A stretch of DNA of 27,241 nucleotides. Source: a virus (taxonomy: Duplodnaviria > Heunggongvirae > Uroviricota > Caudoviricetes). Shown piece by piece: positions 18,403 to 25,975 of the stretch (positions are counted from its first letter, which is position 1; each line of letters begins with the position of its first letter). Made by a program: the position numbers and the translations under genes. The notes under the pieces are model-generated. The model was given only the letters and a program-made list of their open reading frames with translations, searched no databases and was not told where the DNA came from. Location of the stretch: the IMG/VR virus record IMGVR_UViG_3300026382_000007, one strand, 5' to 3'.

Positions 18403-18434
18403 TAAGCTTGTTTTAAGCTGATGTACGGTATAAT
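18403..18434 (+). promoter_or_regulatory. Repeated phage promoter, copy 7
   Basis: TAAGC(18403)-N6-TAAGC(18414)-N10-TATAAT(18429). Confidence 0.87.
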
Positions 18435-18458
18435 ATAGTATAACTAAAAAGGATTAAC

Positions 18459-18824
18459 ATGCAACACTTAGACTTCATCATTTTAAACGAAAAGGACATT
18501 ATCGTTGATAAGAACTGTAACTTCAATCTAGAGACTACTGTAAGTGGATTTGAAATCTACTCAGCTGATCGTGTTCATACGGTACGAGGTGACAAAGTTT
18601 CAATGACTAAGCAAATGGATAAGATCCGTTACATACCGTTGTATATCAAGATTGATGATTGTATGGTGAGAGTCTTTAATATGTACGGACAATTCAATCC
18701 TACTGTTACTCGTGCAAAGTCTGAAGCGATTATTCCTCAAATCGATGCGGTTAAAAAATCAATTGAGGATATGTTCACGATGATTAATGACTCAGAAAAT
18801 AGTATGAAAGTTCTCATAAAATAA
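18459..18824 (+). CDS. Hypothetical protein between the polymerase halves
   Basis: 121 aa after promoter and AAAGGA RBS. Confidence 0.75.
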   Translation: MQHLDFIILNEKDIIVDKNCNFNLETTVSGFEIYSADRVHTVRGDKVSMTKQMDKIRYIPLYIKIDDCMVRVFNMYGQFNPTVTRAKSEAIIPQIDAVKKSIEDMFTMINDSENSMKVLIK

Positions 18825-18842
18825 GCTACATTACGGTACAAT
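18822..18842 (+). promoter_or_regulatory. Repeated phage promoter, copy 8 (partial, TACAAT)
   Basis: TAAGC(18822)-N10-TACAAT(18837); the TAA is the upstream stop codon. Confidence 0.6.
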
Positions 18843-18860
18843 AGTATAAAAAGGTAAACT

Positions 18861-19010
18861 ATGAAAGTAAAATATATTGGTGGGAAACACCCTATGTTAA
18901 AATATGGGGAAGTGTATGAAGTGTTCACATCTAATGTGACTGGTGTCCAAGTTAGGACAAGAACTGGCTTTGCTGGTATTCAAAATGTAAATTTCACTAA
19001 GGAGAAATAA
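18861..19010 (+). CDS. 49 aa hypothetical protein (not in the ORF track)
   Basis: AAAGG RBS; MKVKYIGGKHPMLKYGEVYEVFTSNVTGVQVRTRTGFAGIQNVNFTKEK; TAATG coupling to the next ORF. Confidence 0.65.
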   Translation: MKVKYIGGKHPMLKYGEVYEVFTSNVTGVQVRTRTGFAGIQNVNFTKEK

Positions 19011-19279
19011 TGACTGAAGCAAAAGAACTTTCTGCTGATACAATGGATCAGCTTCGCACTCTAGCACTCGGAATGGGTGTAGATGCAAAAACTATTGAAA
19101 ATATGACTGATGATGAGGTTCTTATGAATACTCGCCAAATCATAGCTGAACATGCTGGTGATCGTGCTTCTCCTCACTGGAAAGATTTACAATCTGAAGA
19201 AGATAAAAATGCTCGTTTAGCCAAGGCTGAAGCCAAAAGAGAGCGAAAAAGACTTAAAAAGACAAGATACACTGACTAA
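19010..19279 (+). CDS. Hypothetical protein with basic C-terminus
   Basis: 89 aa, AAGGAG RBS. Confidence 0.7.
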   Translation: MTEAKELSADTMDQLRTLALGMGVDAKTIENMTDDEVLMNTRQIIAEHAGDRASPHWKDLQSEEDKNARLAKAEAKRERKRLKKTRYTD

Positions 19280-19424
19280 GTGGTCTCGACACCCCAACCT
19301 TTCATGTGACATGTTCTGGTTCAGGAGTCGTTCGACTGTAAATACTATCCTGGAGTGAATATTACTTCTAGTGGGTAGAAAGGTAAATCGTTGTTTTTGT
19401 AAGTCAAAGGCTGTATCAGTTCTA

Positions 19425-19445
19425 CAAGCTGATTTAGTATATAAT
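19425..19445 (+). promoter_or_regulatory. Repeated phage promoter, copy 9 (partial), upstream of the polymerase C-half
   Basis: CAAGC(19425)-N10-TATAAT(19440). Confidence 0.65.
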
Positions 19446-19448
19446 AGT

Positions 19449-19487
19449 ATTCAATAACAAATTACCATTCAATAACAAACTACCATT
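19449..19487 (+). repeat. 18-bp tandem duplication in the 5' leader of the polymerase C-half
   Basis: ATTCAATAACAAATTACC / ATTCAATAACAAACTACC / ATT. Confidence 0.85.
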
Positions 19488-19501
19488 TAGGAGGTAAAGA
19501 T

Positions 19502-20713
19502 TTGAAACTTTCCATAGAAGAGGTTTTTGCTAAGATTGATTCAGGGGAAATGACCATAGATGTCATCAATAACTCGGATTGGTCTCATATAGAAGATGTC
19601 AATTTTGATGCACTTGATTCAAAAATTGCATACTTTGATACCCTACAAATGGCACTGAAAATTGCGATGAACTCCTTGTATGGAGCACTTGCAAATGTTC
19701 ACTTTCCATTATTCAATCGTGACATTGCTGCGAGCATTACTGGAAACGGTCGCATCTTTATTCAAGGGCTTGCAACTTACATTAACGGAAAGCTACAACA
19801 AGCACTTAATTCAAAGGCGAACTTCGTAGTTTACGGTGATACCGATTCAGTTTACTTCACTCTACAGGAATTAGTTGATAAGATTTCAACTAAAGATCCG
19901 AGTCTAGACACTGCTGGACTATTGGATAAGATTTTAAGCTTCGATAAAAAGCTTCTGGACCCATGGGTCCAGGAGTATATTGATAAATATGCTGATGACT
20001 TTAACGCATTCAATAAAGATCCTATTGGGGCAAAACTTGAAAAAATTGCTGATAAGGGTATTTTCATTGCTAAAAAGAAATACGCACTGAGAGCAGTTTG
20101 GGATGAGGGTTCATTCCTCGTTGAAAATCCTAAAATGGCTGTAACTGGGCTTGAAATCGTAAGATCTTCAACACCTATGTTTTGTCGTAAAGAGCTAAAA
20201 AAGGTCATTGATATTATCATGGACCATGACGAGCGATCTGTAGTTGACTTTATCAAAACTGCTGAAGAGGGCTGGTACAAGGCTTCAATTAATGACCTGA
20301 GTCGTGTAAGTGGTATCGGAAGCCTGAGTTATGATGGTGTTCCTGGATCACTTTTCAAAATTGATGATAAGGGTGATTTTGAACTTAATAAGAACGGTCG
20401 TAAACTATCCGCTCCTATGAATGTTCGTGCTGCGATGAACTATAATATGTTTATTGAAGAGCACAACATGAAAAGTTATCCGAAACTGACAACTGACGAC
20501 AAGATCAAATATGTGTTCCTGACTACACCAAACACTCTGGGTGATGATGTGGTTGGGTTTTTAGATGAGCAATTCATACACGATGCAAACCTACTAAGAT
20601 TTGTAGACAAGTCTCGTATGTGGGAAGGATTCTTCATGAGTCCGCTGAATATCATGCTTGATGCTGTTGAATATGATATTAATACTAATTTCGAGGTTGA
20701 TGAATGGTTGTAA
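19502..20713 (+). CDS. gp43: Family B DNA polymerase C-terminal half (gp43B: motifs B and C, thumb)
   Basis: AGGAGG RBS and TTG start; QMALKIAMNSLYG, SITGNGR, YGDTDSVY, KKKYA, GLEIVRSSTP. Confidence 0.95.
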   Translation: MKLSIEEVFAKIDSGEMTIDVINNSDWSHIEDVNFDALDSKIAYFDTLQMALKIAMNSLYGALANVHFPLFNRDIAASITGNGRIFIQGLATYINGKLQQALNSKANFVVYGDTDSVYFTLQELVDKISTKDPSLDTAGLLDKILSFDKKLLDPWVQEYIDKYADDFNAFNKDPIGAKLEKIADKGIFIAKKKYALRAVWDEGSFLVENPKMAVTGLEIVRSSTPMFCRKELKKVIDIIMDHDERSVVDFIKTAEEGWYKASINDLSRVSGIGSLSYDGVPGSLFKIDDKGDFELNKNGRKLSAPMNVRAAMNYNMFIEEHNMKSYPKLTTDDKIKYVFLTTPNTLGDDVVGFLDEQFIHDANLLRFVDKSRMWEGFFMSPLNIMLDAVEYDINTNFEVDEWL

Positions 20714-20886
20714 ATGATTACATGGACATAGTCCAACAAACGAGGTTATTTCTTCTGACGGTGCAAGCCAACGAGGAAACTGACGAAACTTTGGCTGAAA
20801 TGTCAATACTTCTGAAATCAGAAGTGACTACACATAATGTTGACCGCTTGGGTTATCTTGTAGAAAAAATTGAAAAGGAACACTAA
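20704..20886 (+). CDS. Hypothetical protein
   Basis: 60 aa, GAGG RBS, coupled to the next gene. Confidence 0.55.
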   Translation: MVVNDYMDIVQQTRLFLLTVQANEETDETLAEMSILLKSEVTTHNVDRLGYLVEKIEKEH

Positions 20887-22055
20887 TGCTAAATAGAAAT
20901 GCCGATGTACTTTACAATGATGTAGATCAAGAGAAAATCAATTCAGCGAATCCTAAAATGTTCGCTGATGTACTTGAATTTCACAACACCTACATATTTG
21001 AGAGACATGAAATTTACAAACGGAAGGAGATTCAAAACCTCCCACAAGATGAATGGACTGATGACGAAGTCTTTCAAAAATATAGGTTCACAAATGTTCG
21101 CCGTGAGATAGATCGTGAGTCGGTGTGGCTTATTAGAAACATCAGTGAAAATAACGACTTGACTTTAATTGAAAAGATCCTGAACTCTATCCTATTCAGA
21201 ACTTTCAATAAATCATCTACGATGGAGCTGTTTGGCTGCCCAATTAAAGATTTTGATGATATTGAAAGATATCGACCTATGTTTGAGCGATATGCTGAAC
21301 TGAATCCAAAATATGTATTCTTCACTCCCGCTTTTAACACAGGTGGTCTTAAAGCTGCAAATGCATTCCCGGATGCAAATGATATGTATGAATGTACATC
21401 ATCAGGGAAAGAAGTAAAAATTACCAACGGTGTAGATGAAAAGAGATTGACTCTTAGGCAAGCCAAAGATTATATTGCGATCAATGAAGATTGGTCTATT
21501 ATAGGACTTGAGCCGAATATGCCGATGCGCATGATGCACTTGGTTAGAAATGCATATCATAACAAACTCGCTGAAAAGATACTTGAATGTACTGACCAGC
21601 GAGAGGTGTTTGATGTACTTCAGGAAGTTAAGGGGTTCAGTAAATTCCTTGCTTATCAGGTTTTCGTTGACCTTACATACATCCCTGAATTCAAATTCAG
21701 TGAAAATGAGTTCACTGTTAGTGGACCTGGATGTCATAACGGACTTGAGTTTTTATTCTCAGACCGTGATGGGTTAAATGATGAAGAGTTACTATTCTGG
21801 CTTAGAAATAATCTACCAAACATATGGAAACGAGAAAACCTGAAATATGATCTTAATAAGTTATTTGACCATCTTCCTGAACACGACCGTTGCTTAAATG
21901 TGATGATGCTTGAAAATTCGTTCTGTGAACTTGGAAAGTATACAAAAGCTAGAAAGGGCATTGGTCGCCCACGAGTTACATACAAACCTACTGAAGATTC
22001 TAATGTTAGAGTTCAGATGGTGAACGAGTGTACACTTGATGAGTGGGCTGATTAA
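20886..22055 (+). CDS. aGPT-Pplase1 / 5-hmdU DNA kinase helical-domain family DNA base-modification enzyme
   Basis: ERH.IY, WTDDEVFQKYRFTNVRREIDR, LFRTFN, FLAYQVFVDL, GPG, ENSFCELGKY motifs. Confidence 0.82.
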   Translation: MLNRNADVLYNDVDQEKINSANPKMFADVLEFHNTYIFERHEIYKRKEIQNLPQDEWTDDEVFQKYRFTNVRREIDRESVWLIRNISENNDLTLIEKILNSILFRTFNKSSTMELFGCPIKDFDDIERYRPMFERYAELNPKYVFFTPAFNTGGLKAANAFPDANDMYECTSSGKEVKITNGVDEKRLTLRQAKDYIAINEDWSIIGLEPNMPMRMMHLVRNAYHNKLAEKILECTDQREVFDVLQEVKGFSKFLAYQVFVDLTYIPEFKFSENEFTVSGPGCHNGLEFLFSDRDGLNDEELLFWLRNNLPNIWKRENLKYDLNKLFDHLPEHDRCLNVMMLENSFCELGKYTKARKGIGRPRVTYKPTEDSNVRVQMVNECTLDEWAD

Positions 22056-22201
22056 TGGATAAGGAAGACTTCTTTGACATGTTAGTCGCATTCGTAAAAT
22101 CGGTGAAGAGTCAGGATTCAACTGACGATTCATTTAGTTGGCATCTGGGTCATTTAGATTTTCCAGAGGCTATGATAGAACAATTTAATGAAATGATTTA
22201 A
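22055..22201 (+). CDS. 48 aa hypothetical protein (not in the ORF track)
   Basis: TAATG coupling; MDKEDFFDMLVAFVKSVKSQDSTDDSFSWHLGHLDFPEAMIEQFNEMI. Confidence 0.55.
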   Translation: MDKEDFFDMLVAFVKSVKSQDSTDDSFSWHLGHLDFPEAMIEQFNEMI

Positions 22202-22206
22202 GGATA

Positions 22207-22905
22207 ATGAAAATGGCAAAATTTAACACAATGACACACGAAGATATGAGAGCACTTTTAACGGCACAAGCAAGTTTAAATGTAAAGTACACTGGCGAAG
22301 ATTGGGCTTCTAAAGTTCCCGTGGCTCACTTCATCGCAGCAATGCAAGCGGAATATGGTGAATTACTTGAAAGTTCTCCGAGAACTGGTGACCTTGTTGG
22401 TGATGATATGCCAAAGGGTTGGAAGTGGTGGAAGCCATATCTTGAAAATGATGTAAATAACAACAAAGTTGAGGGTGTTGACATGATTCACTTTGCAATG
22501 AGTGCTATGCTTGTTCGCCTTGGTGGTGTTGATGAAGTCATGAGTGAGATTGAGAAACTTGAGATTCAGCCTGATAAGCCAGAACAAGCTGACGAGTTCA
22601 TCGCAACTGCACTTATCGGTTCTGTAAGTGGTTTCACGATTAACATTCTTTTCACTGACTCACCTCAGGAAGTCACTGCTGCATATATTTACCTTGTTGA
22701 TGCTCTTTGTGACTATTGTTTAATGACACCTGAAGAGATGGTTGAGCTTTACAACAAGAAAAACAAACTGAACTCTGAGAGAATTGAGGGCGGTTACACT
22801 AAAGATGCTGACTCATACCAAAAGTATGATGAAGACGGAAACGAAGATAATACTAAGATGTTTGATTCAGTACCTGATACTGAATGTTCACCTTGTGAAT
22901 CTTAA
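22207..22905 (+). CDS. Dimeric (all-alpha) dUTPase family NTP pyrophosphatase
   Basis: Q..LN, AEYGELLES, WKWWK, EGVDMIHF, Y..KN.LN.ER...GY motifs. Confidence 0.85.
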   Translation: MKMAKFNTMTHEDMRALLTAQASLNVKYTGEDWASKVPVAHFIAAMQAEYGELLESSPRTGDLVGDDMPKGWKWWKPYLENDVNNNKVEGVDMIHFAMSAMLVRLGGVDEVMSEIEKLEIQPDKPEQADEFIATALIGSVSGFTINILFTDSPQEVTAAYIYLVDALCDYCLMTPEEMVELYNKKNKLNSERIEGGYTKDADSYQKYDEDGNEDNTKMFDSVPDTECSPCES

Positions 22906-22907
22906 AG

Positions 22908-23063
22908 AATTCTAGTAAATACTAGGATTTAGTTAATTATCATCTCTTTTGAGATGATAATCCAGTTAATTACCCGGAAATGGTTATTTAATATATTCCA
23001 TTAAGAATAGAATTTTTTTAGTATAGATAATATGGTTTTTTACTATTATCTATACTAAAAAAA
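22908..23063. repeat. AT-rich cluster of inverted repeats, including a perfect 20-bp stem
   Basis: AATTCTAGTA-AA-TACTAGGATT; ATTATCATCTC-TTTT-GAGATGATAAT; TTTTTTTAGTATAGATAATA(23013-23032)-N11-TATTATCTATACTAAAAAAA(23044-23063). Confidence 0.9.
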
Positions 23064-23091
23064 GCCTCTTTTATTTGTAAATATACAATTT

Positions 23092-23123
23092 TAAGCTTAC
23101 TCTAAGGAGTTTTTAGTTATAAT
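23092..23123 (+). promoter_or_regulatory. Repeated phage promoter, copy 10
   Basis: TAAGC(23092)-N6-TAAGG-N10-TATAAT(23118). Confidence 0.85.
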
Positions 23124-23147
23124 ATAGTATAACTAAAAAGGCTTAAC

Positions 23148-23441
23148 ATGAAAATGACACCAGAACACTTCAAAAAACTTTCTTCAATCGTAGATGACTT
23201 CATTGCGGTAAAAACTCCCGAACATTTAGTAAACTATTGTAATTCTATTGCTGGTGATGAAAGAATTCATGATCTTGAAACTCGTTTTGCATGGGACATC
23301 TACTGGGCAATCCCGAGAACTCTGCGAAGTGTTTGGTATGAAGATGCTAAACAGTATAACGATAACCATATGACAACTGCTCTTAAGAAAGCGGTAAAAA
23401 CTTCAATGGGTGAACTTTATCCATTCACGAAAAGGATATAA
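23148..23441 (+). CDS. Hypothetical protein
   Basis: 97 aa after promoter and AAAGG RBS. Confidence 0.8.
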   Translation: MKMTPEHFKKLSSIVDDFIAVKTPEHLVNYCNSIAGDERIHDLETRFAWDIYWAIPRTLRSVWYEDAKQYNDNHMTTALKKAVKTSMGELYPFTKRI

Positions 23442-23443
23442 TT

Positions 23444-23851
23444 ATGACAAGAGCAAAATGGCAAGCAACAAGAAGAAAGGGTGTATTTTATACACAGACA
23501 TTTAGCAGAGGGGCGGTTCTAGCATATTCTGAAATTGAATTCATTGATGAAATCCTTATATCAGAGCGAGACGGTGATTTATATGTGCACTTTGACATCA
23601 ACTTCAAGTCAGGAGAGAAGAAGCAGCAGAAATATACCATCGAGCCTGAAATGAAAACTGTTTCAGTTTCAAGATTGTTCCGCTCAAATAAAGATGTTCA
23701 GAAGAAAATGGGCTTCCGTGACTATATTGACCTCTTATCTACTGAAGAAGCTGAAGAAAAATGTGCAGCTTATAAAGCAGCAAAATCAGACCATGCGAAG
23801 CTGACAGCAAGATTTAAGAAATATTGTAAACTATCTGCTAAATTAAGTTAG
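23444..23851 (+). CDS. Hypothetical protein
   Basis: 135 aa, AAGGA RBS. Confidence 0.7.
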   Translation: MTRAKWQATRRKGVFYTQTFSRGAVLAYSEIEFIDEILISERDGDLYVHFDINFKSGEKKQQKYTIEPEMKTVSVSRLFRSNKDVQKKMGFRDYIDLLSTEEAEEKCAAYKAAKSDHAKLTARFKKYCKLSAKLS

Positions 23852-23875
23852 TTTTAAGTAAATACACGGTATAAT
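23844..23875 (+). promoter_or_regulatory. Repeated phage promoter, copy 11
   Basis: TAAGT(23844)-N6-TAAGT(23855)-N10-TATAAT(23870). Confidence 0.83.
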
Positions 23876-23905
23876 ATAGTATATCAAAAGTTAAAAGGAA
23901 ATATT

Positions 23906-24337
23906 ATGTTAGATGTAGCAATAGCAATCACTTCAGAGGCATTCAGAGGCAAGTTCGACAAAGGTGGAAAGCCTTACATCCTTCACTGCCTTCGTGTCAT
24001 GAACGGTGTTATACACTTGGGAGAGGATCATGCATGTGTAGCTATAATGCACGATTTAATCGAAGACACAAAATACACTGCCCAGGATCTTTATGATCTA
24101 GGGTTCAACTCGGATGTTGTGAACAATGTCGTAGCTATGACACACATCAAGGGTGTACCATATTCTGAATATGTTATGGAAATTAGTAAATTTGCAATCG
24201 CAACTGAGGTTAAGAAATCAGACCTCAAGGATAACAGTGATATCACTCGTTTAAAAGGAATCACTGAGAAAGATACTAAGCGAATGGAAAAATACCATAA
24301 AGCTTACACATTCCTTACAACTGGGTCTGGATACTAA
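23906..24337 (+). CDS. Stand-alone HD domain protein (RelA/SpoT hydrolase-like, small alarmone hydrolase type)
   Basis: DKGGKPYILH..RV, AIMHDLIEDT, VKKSDLKDN motifs. Confidence 0.88.
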   Translation: MLDVAIAITSEAFRGKFDKGGKPYILHCLRVMNGVIHLGEDHACVAIMHDLIEDTKYTAQDLYDLGFNSDVVNNVVAMTHIKGVPYSEYVMEISKFAIATEVKKSDLKDNSDITRLKGITEKDTKRMEKYHKAYTFLTTGSGY

Positions 24338-24348
24338 AAAGGCAAAAT

Positions 24349-24870
24349 ATGCAAATTAAAATGTTTAATTTCGATGGTGCTGATGATAAGCACTACAATG
24401 TGAGCAAAAGCTCGCATGTTTATGACAAACGGTTCACATCAGTGTTCCATAGGGATGGGTTCATCTCTGATACAAGCTATAAGAAGCTCATGAGGCTCGC
24501 AATTCTAGGTGGTTTAACATCATTTAGACATAAGGGTCCAGTGGTTCTGAGTTTTGAGGACTACAGAGGTAGGAATTTCAGTATTCTTATGATTCTTGAT
24601 AGATTTGACCTTGTTAATGACATTTTTATTATAACGGTTTTTAAGGGTTCAAAAGAGTTCCCATTCTACAAGCATTTCACCAAAGAGCATAACCGCCTAT
24701 GGATATCCCCTGATAAGTTTGTACTGCCGTACATGGACACGAAAACTCGTACGAAGCAGAAAATGGAACGAGAACGACACTTGGTTGATATCGGGTGCTG
24801 GGACGAAGATGTGAAATTCATAGACACGATGAATCGCGCAAAAGTAAAAAGGTCAAATGGTGGATATTAA
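24349..24870 (+). CDS. Hypothetical protein (possible RelE/BECR-like fold)
   Basis: 173 aa; N-terminal S.H...R and later IFIITVF strand, weak pattern only. Confidence 0.65.
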   Translation: MQIKMFNFDGADDKHYNVSKSSHVYDKRFTSVFHRDGFISDTSYKKLMRLAILGGLTSFRHKGPVVLSFEDYRGRNFSILMILDRFDLVNDIFIITVFKGSKEFPFYKHFTKEHNRLWISPDKFVLPYMDTKTRTKQKMERERHLVDIGCWDEDVKFIDTMNRAKVKRSNGGY

Positions 24871-25177
24871 ACAAAATGATATTTGGATGGTGAGTCTAGG
24901 TCACGATGCCGTTGGGCATGAGCAAAAAGGTGACCGCCCATTCGTGGTGATCAGTTCTGATGAATATAATAGGAACTCGGGAACTCCCGTAGGCTTCTTT
25001 CTCAGTACATCACTCAAAAAATCAACAAACCGCTTCGCTGTAGAGCTAGTTAGTGGTGTTGCTAACATTTCTCAAGTAAGAACACTTTCAAGTCTGAGAT
25101 TCAAGAAGTTCATGAACAATGCTGGTAAGGGCTCGACTCAAAGGCTTATGGAAAAATTCATAGCAGAAGTTCTATAA
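24857..25177 (+). CDS. PemK/MazF family endoribonuclease-like protein
   Basis: DIWMVSL, GHEQKGDRPFVVIS..YN, SQVRTLS..RF motifs. Confidence 0.9.
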   Translation: MVDIKQNDIWMVSLGHDAVGHEQKGDRPFVVISSDEYNRNSGTPVGFFLSTSLKKSTNRFAVELVSGVANISQVRTLSSLRFKKFMNNAGKGSTQRLMEKFIAEVL

Positions 25178-25179
25178 TT

Positions 25180-25211
25180 TAAGCTGTCCCTAAGATGTTT
25201 TTAGGTATAAT
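25180..25211 (+). promoter_or_regulatory. Repeated phage promoter, copy 12
   Basis: TAAGC(25180)-N6-TAAGA-N10-TATAAT(25206). Confidence 0.85.
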
Positions 25212-25235
25212 ATAGAATAACTAAAAAGGACTAAC

Positions 25236-25427
25236 ATGACAGATTTAATTATATTGGGTATCGAGTGTGAATGGGATATTGGTCAAGAGGGTGTTTGTTT
25301 CTTAGGATATGATGCTGTTCATAATTTCATTAGCCGAAACTGGGATGATGAAGAAATGGAAATGACTCAAGTCGAGGCTGAAGAGCAAGGGCTTCTTAGT
25401 ACATTTAACTTTGTAGTAGAGAAATAG
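25236..25427 (+). CDS. Small acidic hypothetical protein
   Basis: 63 aa after promoter and AAAGGA RBS. Confidence 0.75.
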   Translation: MTDLIILGIECEWDIGQEGVCFLGYDAVHNFISRNWDDEEMEMTQVEAEEQGLLSTFNFVVEK

Positions 25428-25434
25428 GAGAAAT

Positions 25435-25974
25435 ATGAAAAATAAAATTATAGGGGTCGATGTAGACCTGACTTTATGTGACTCTGTTACACCATGGCAA
25501 AATTGGTATCGTGATCTAACTGGACATGATATCAGTGAAGAAATTGATGAAGTGAATAATGATCTTCAAGACCTTATGAAGCGACACAACGATCCGCTAT
25601 CATTTTGGAAAAAACCTGATCTTTATGACAAGATTCCACCGTTTCAAGATGCAATTGATGTACTTCAGCGGTTAAGTGACAGAGGATACACAATCCTTTT
25701 TATAAGCACTTGTTTTCCTGAACATGAGAACTCAAAGAGAATGTTCCTTAAAAGACACTTCCCCATGGGTTCTGGTTTTATTTCAACATCTGACAAGCAG
25801 TACATTACAATGGACTGGTTCATTGATGACTATAAAAAGAACTTGAAAGCGGTTCAGGCTCACCAACCTGAGTGTAATTGTTTTCACATCAAAAGTGGAA
25901 TAAATAAGGCTGATGGATTCCCATTCGGTGATTGGGATGAATTTGAAAGTATGATATTAGCATCGGAGGATTAA
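25435..25974 (+). CDS. HAD family 5'(3')-deoxyribonucleotidase (NT5C-like)
   Basis: GVDVDLTL, FW...LY, K..FLKRHFP, DK, FIDD motifs. Confidence 0.85.
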   Translation: MKNKIIGVDVDLTLCDSVTPWQNWYRDLTGHDISEEIDEVNNDLQDLMKRHNDPLSFWKKPDLYDKIPPFQDAIDVLQRLSDRGYTILFISTCFPEHENSKRMFLKRHFPMGSGFISTSDKQYITMDWFIDDYKKNLKAVQAHQPECNCFHIKSGINKADGFPFGDWDEFESMILASED

Positions 25975-25975
25975 T

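Noticed and set aside
18325-19501. Intein or group I intron joining the polymerase halves
   Set aside because: No Cys/Ser-start or HN-end intein blocks and no recognisable group I core; the gap contains promoters and ordinary ORFs, and the C-half has its own RBS
23013-23063. Classical Rho-independent terminator or transposon end
   Set aside because: The stem is AT-rich with the T-run on the 5' side, and there is no transposase or target duplication nearby; kept only as an unexplained inverted repeat
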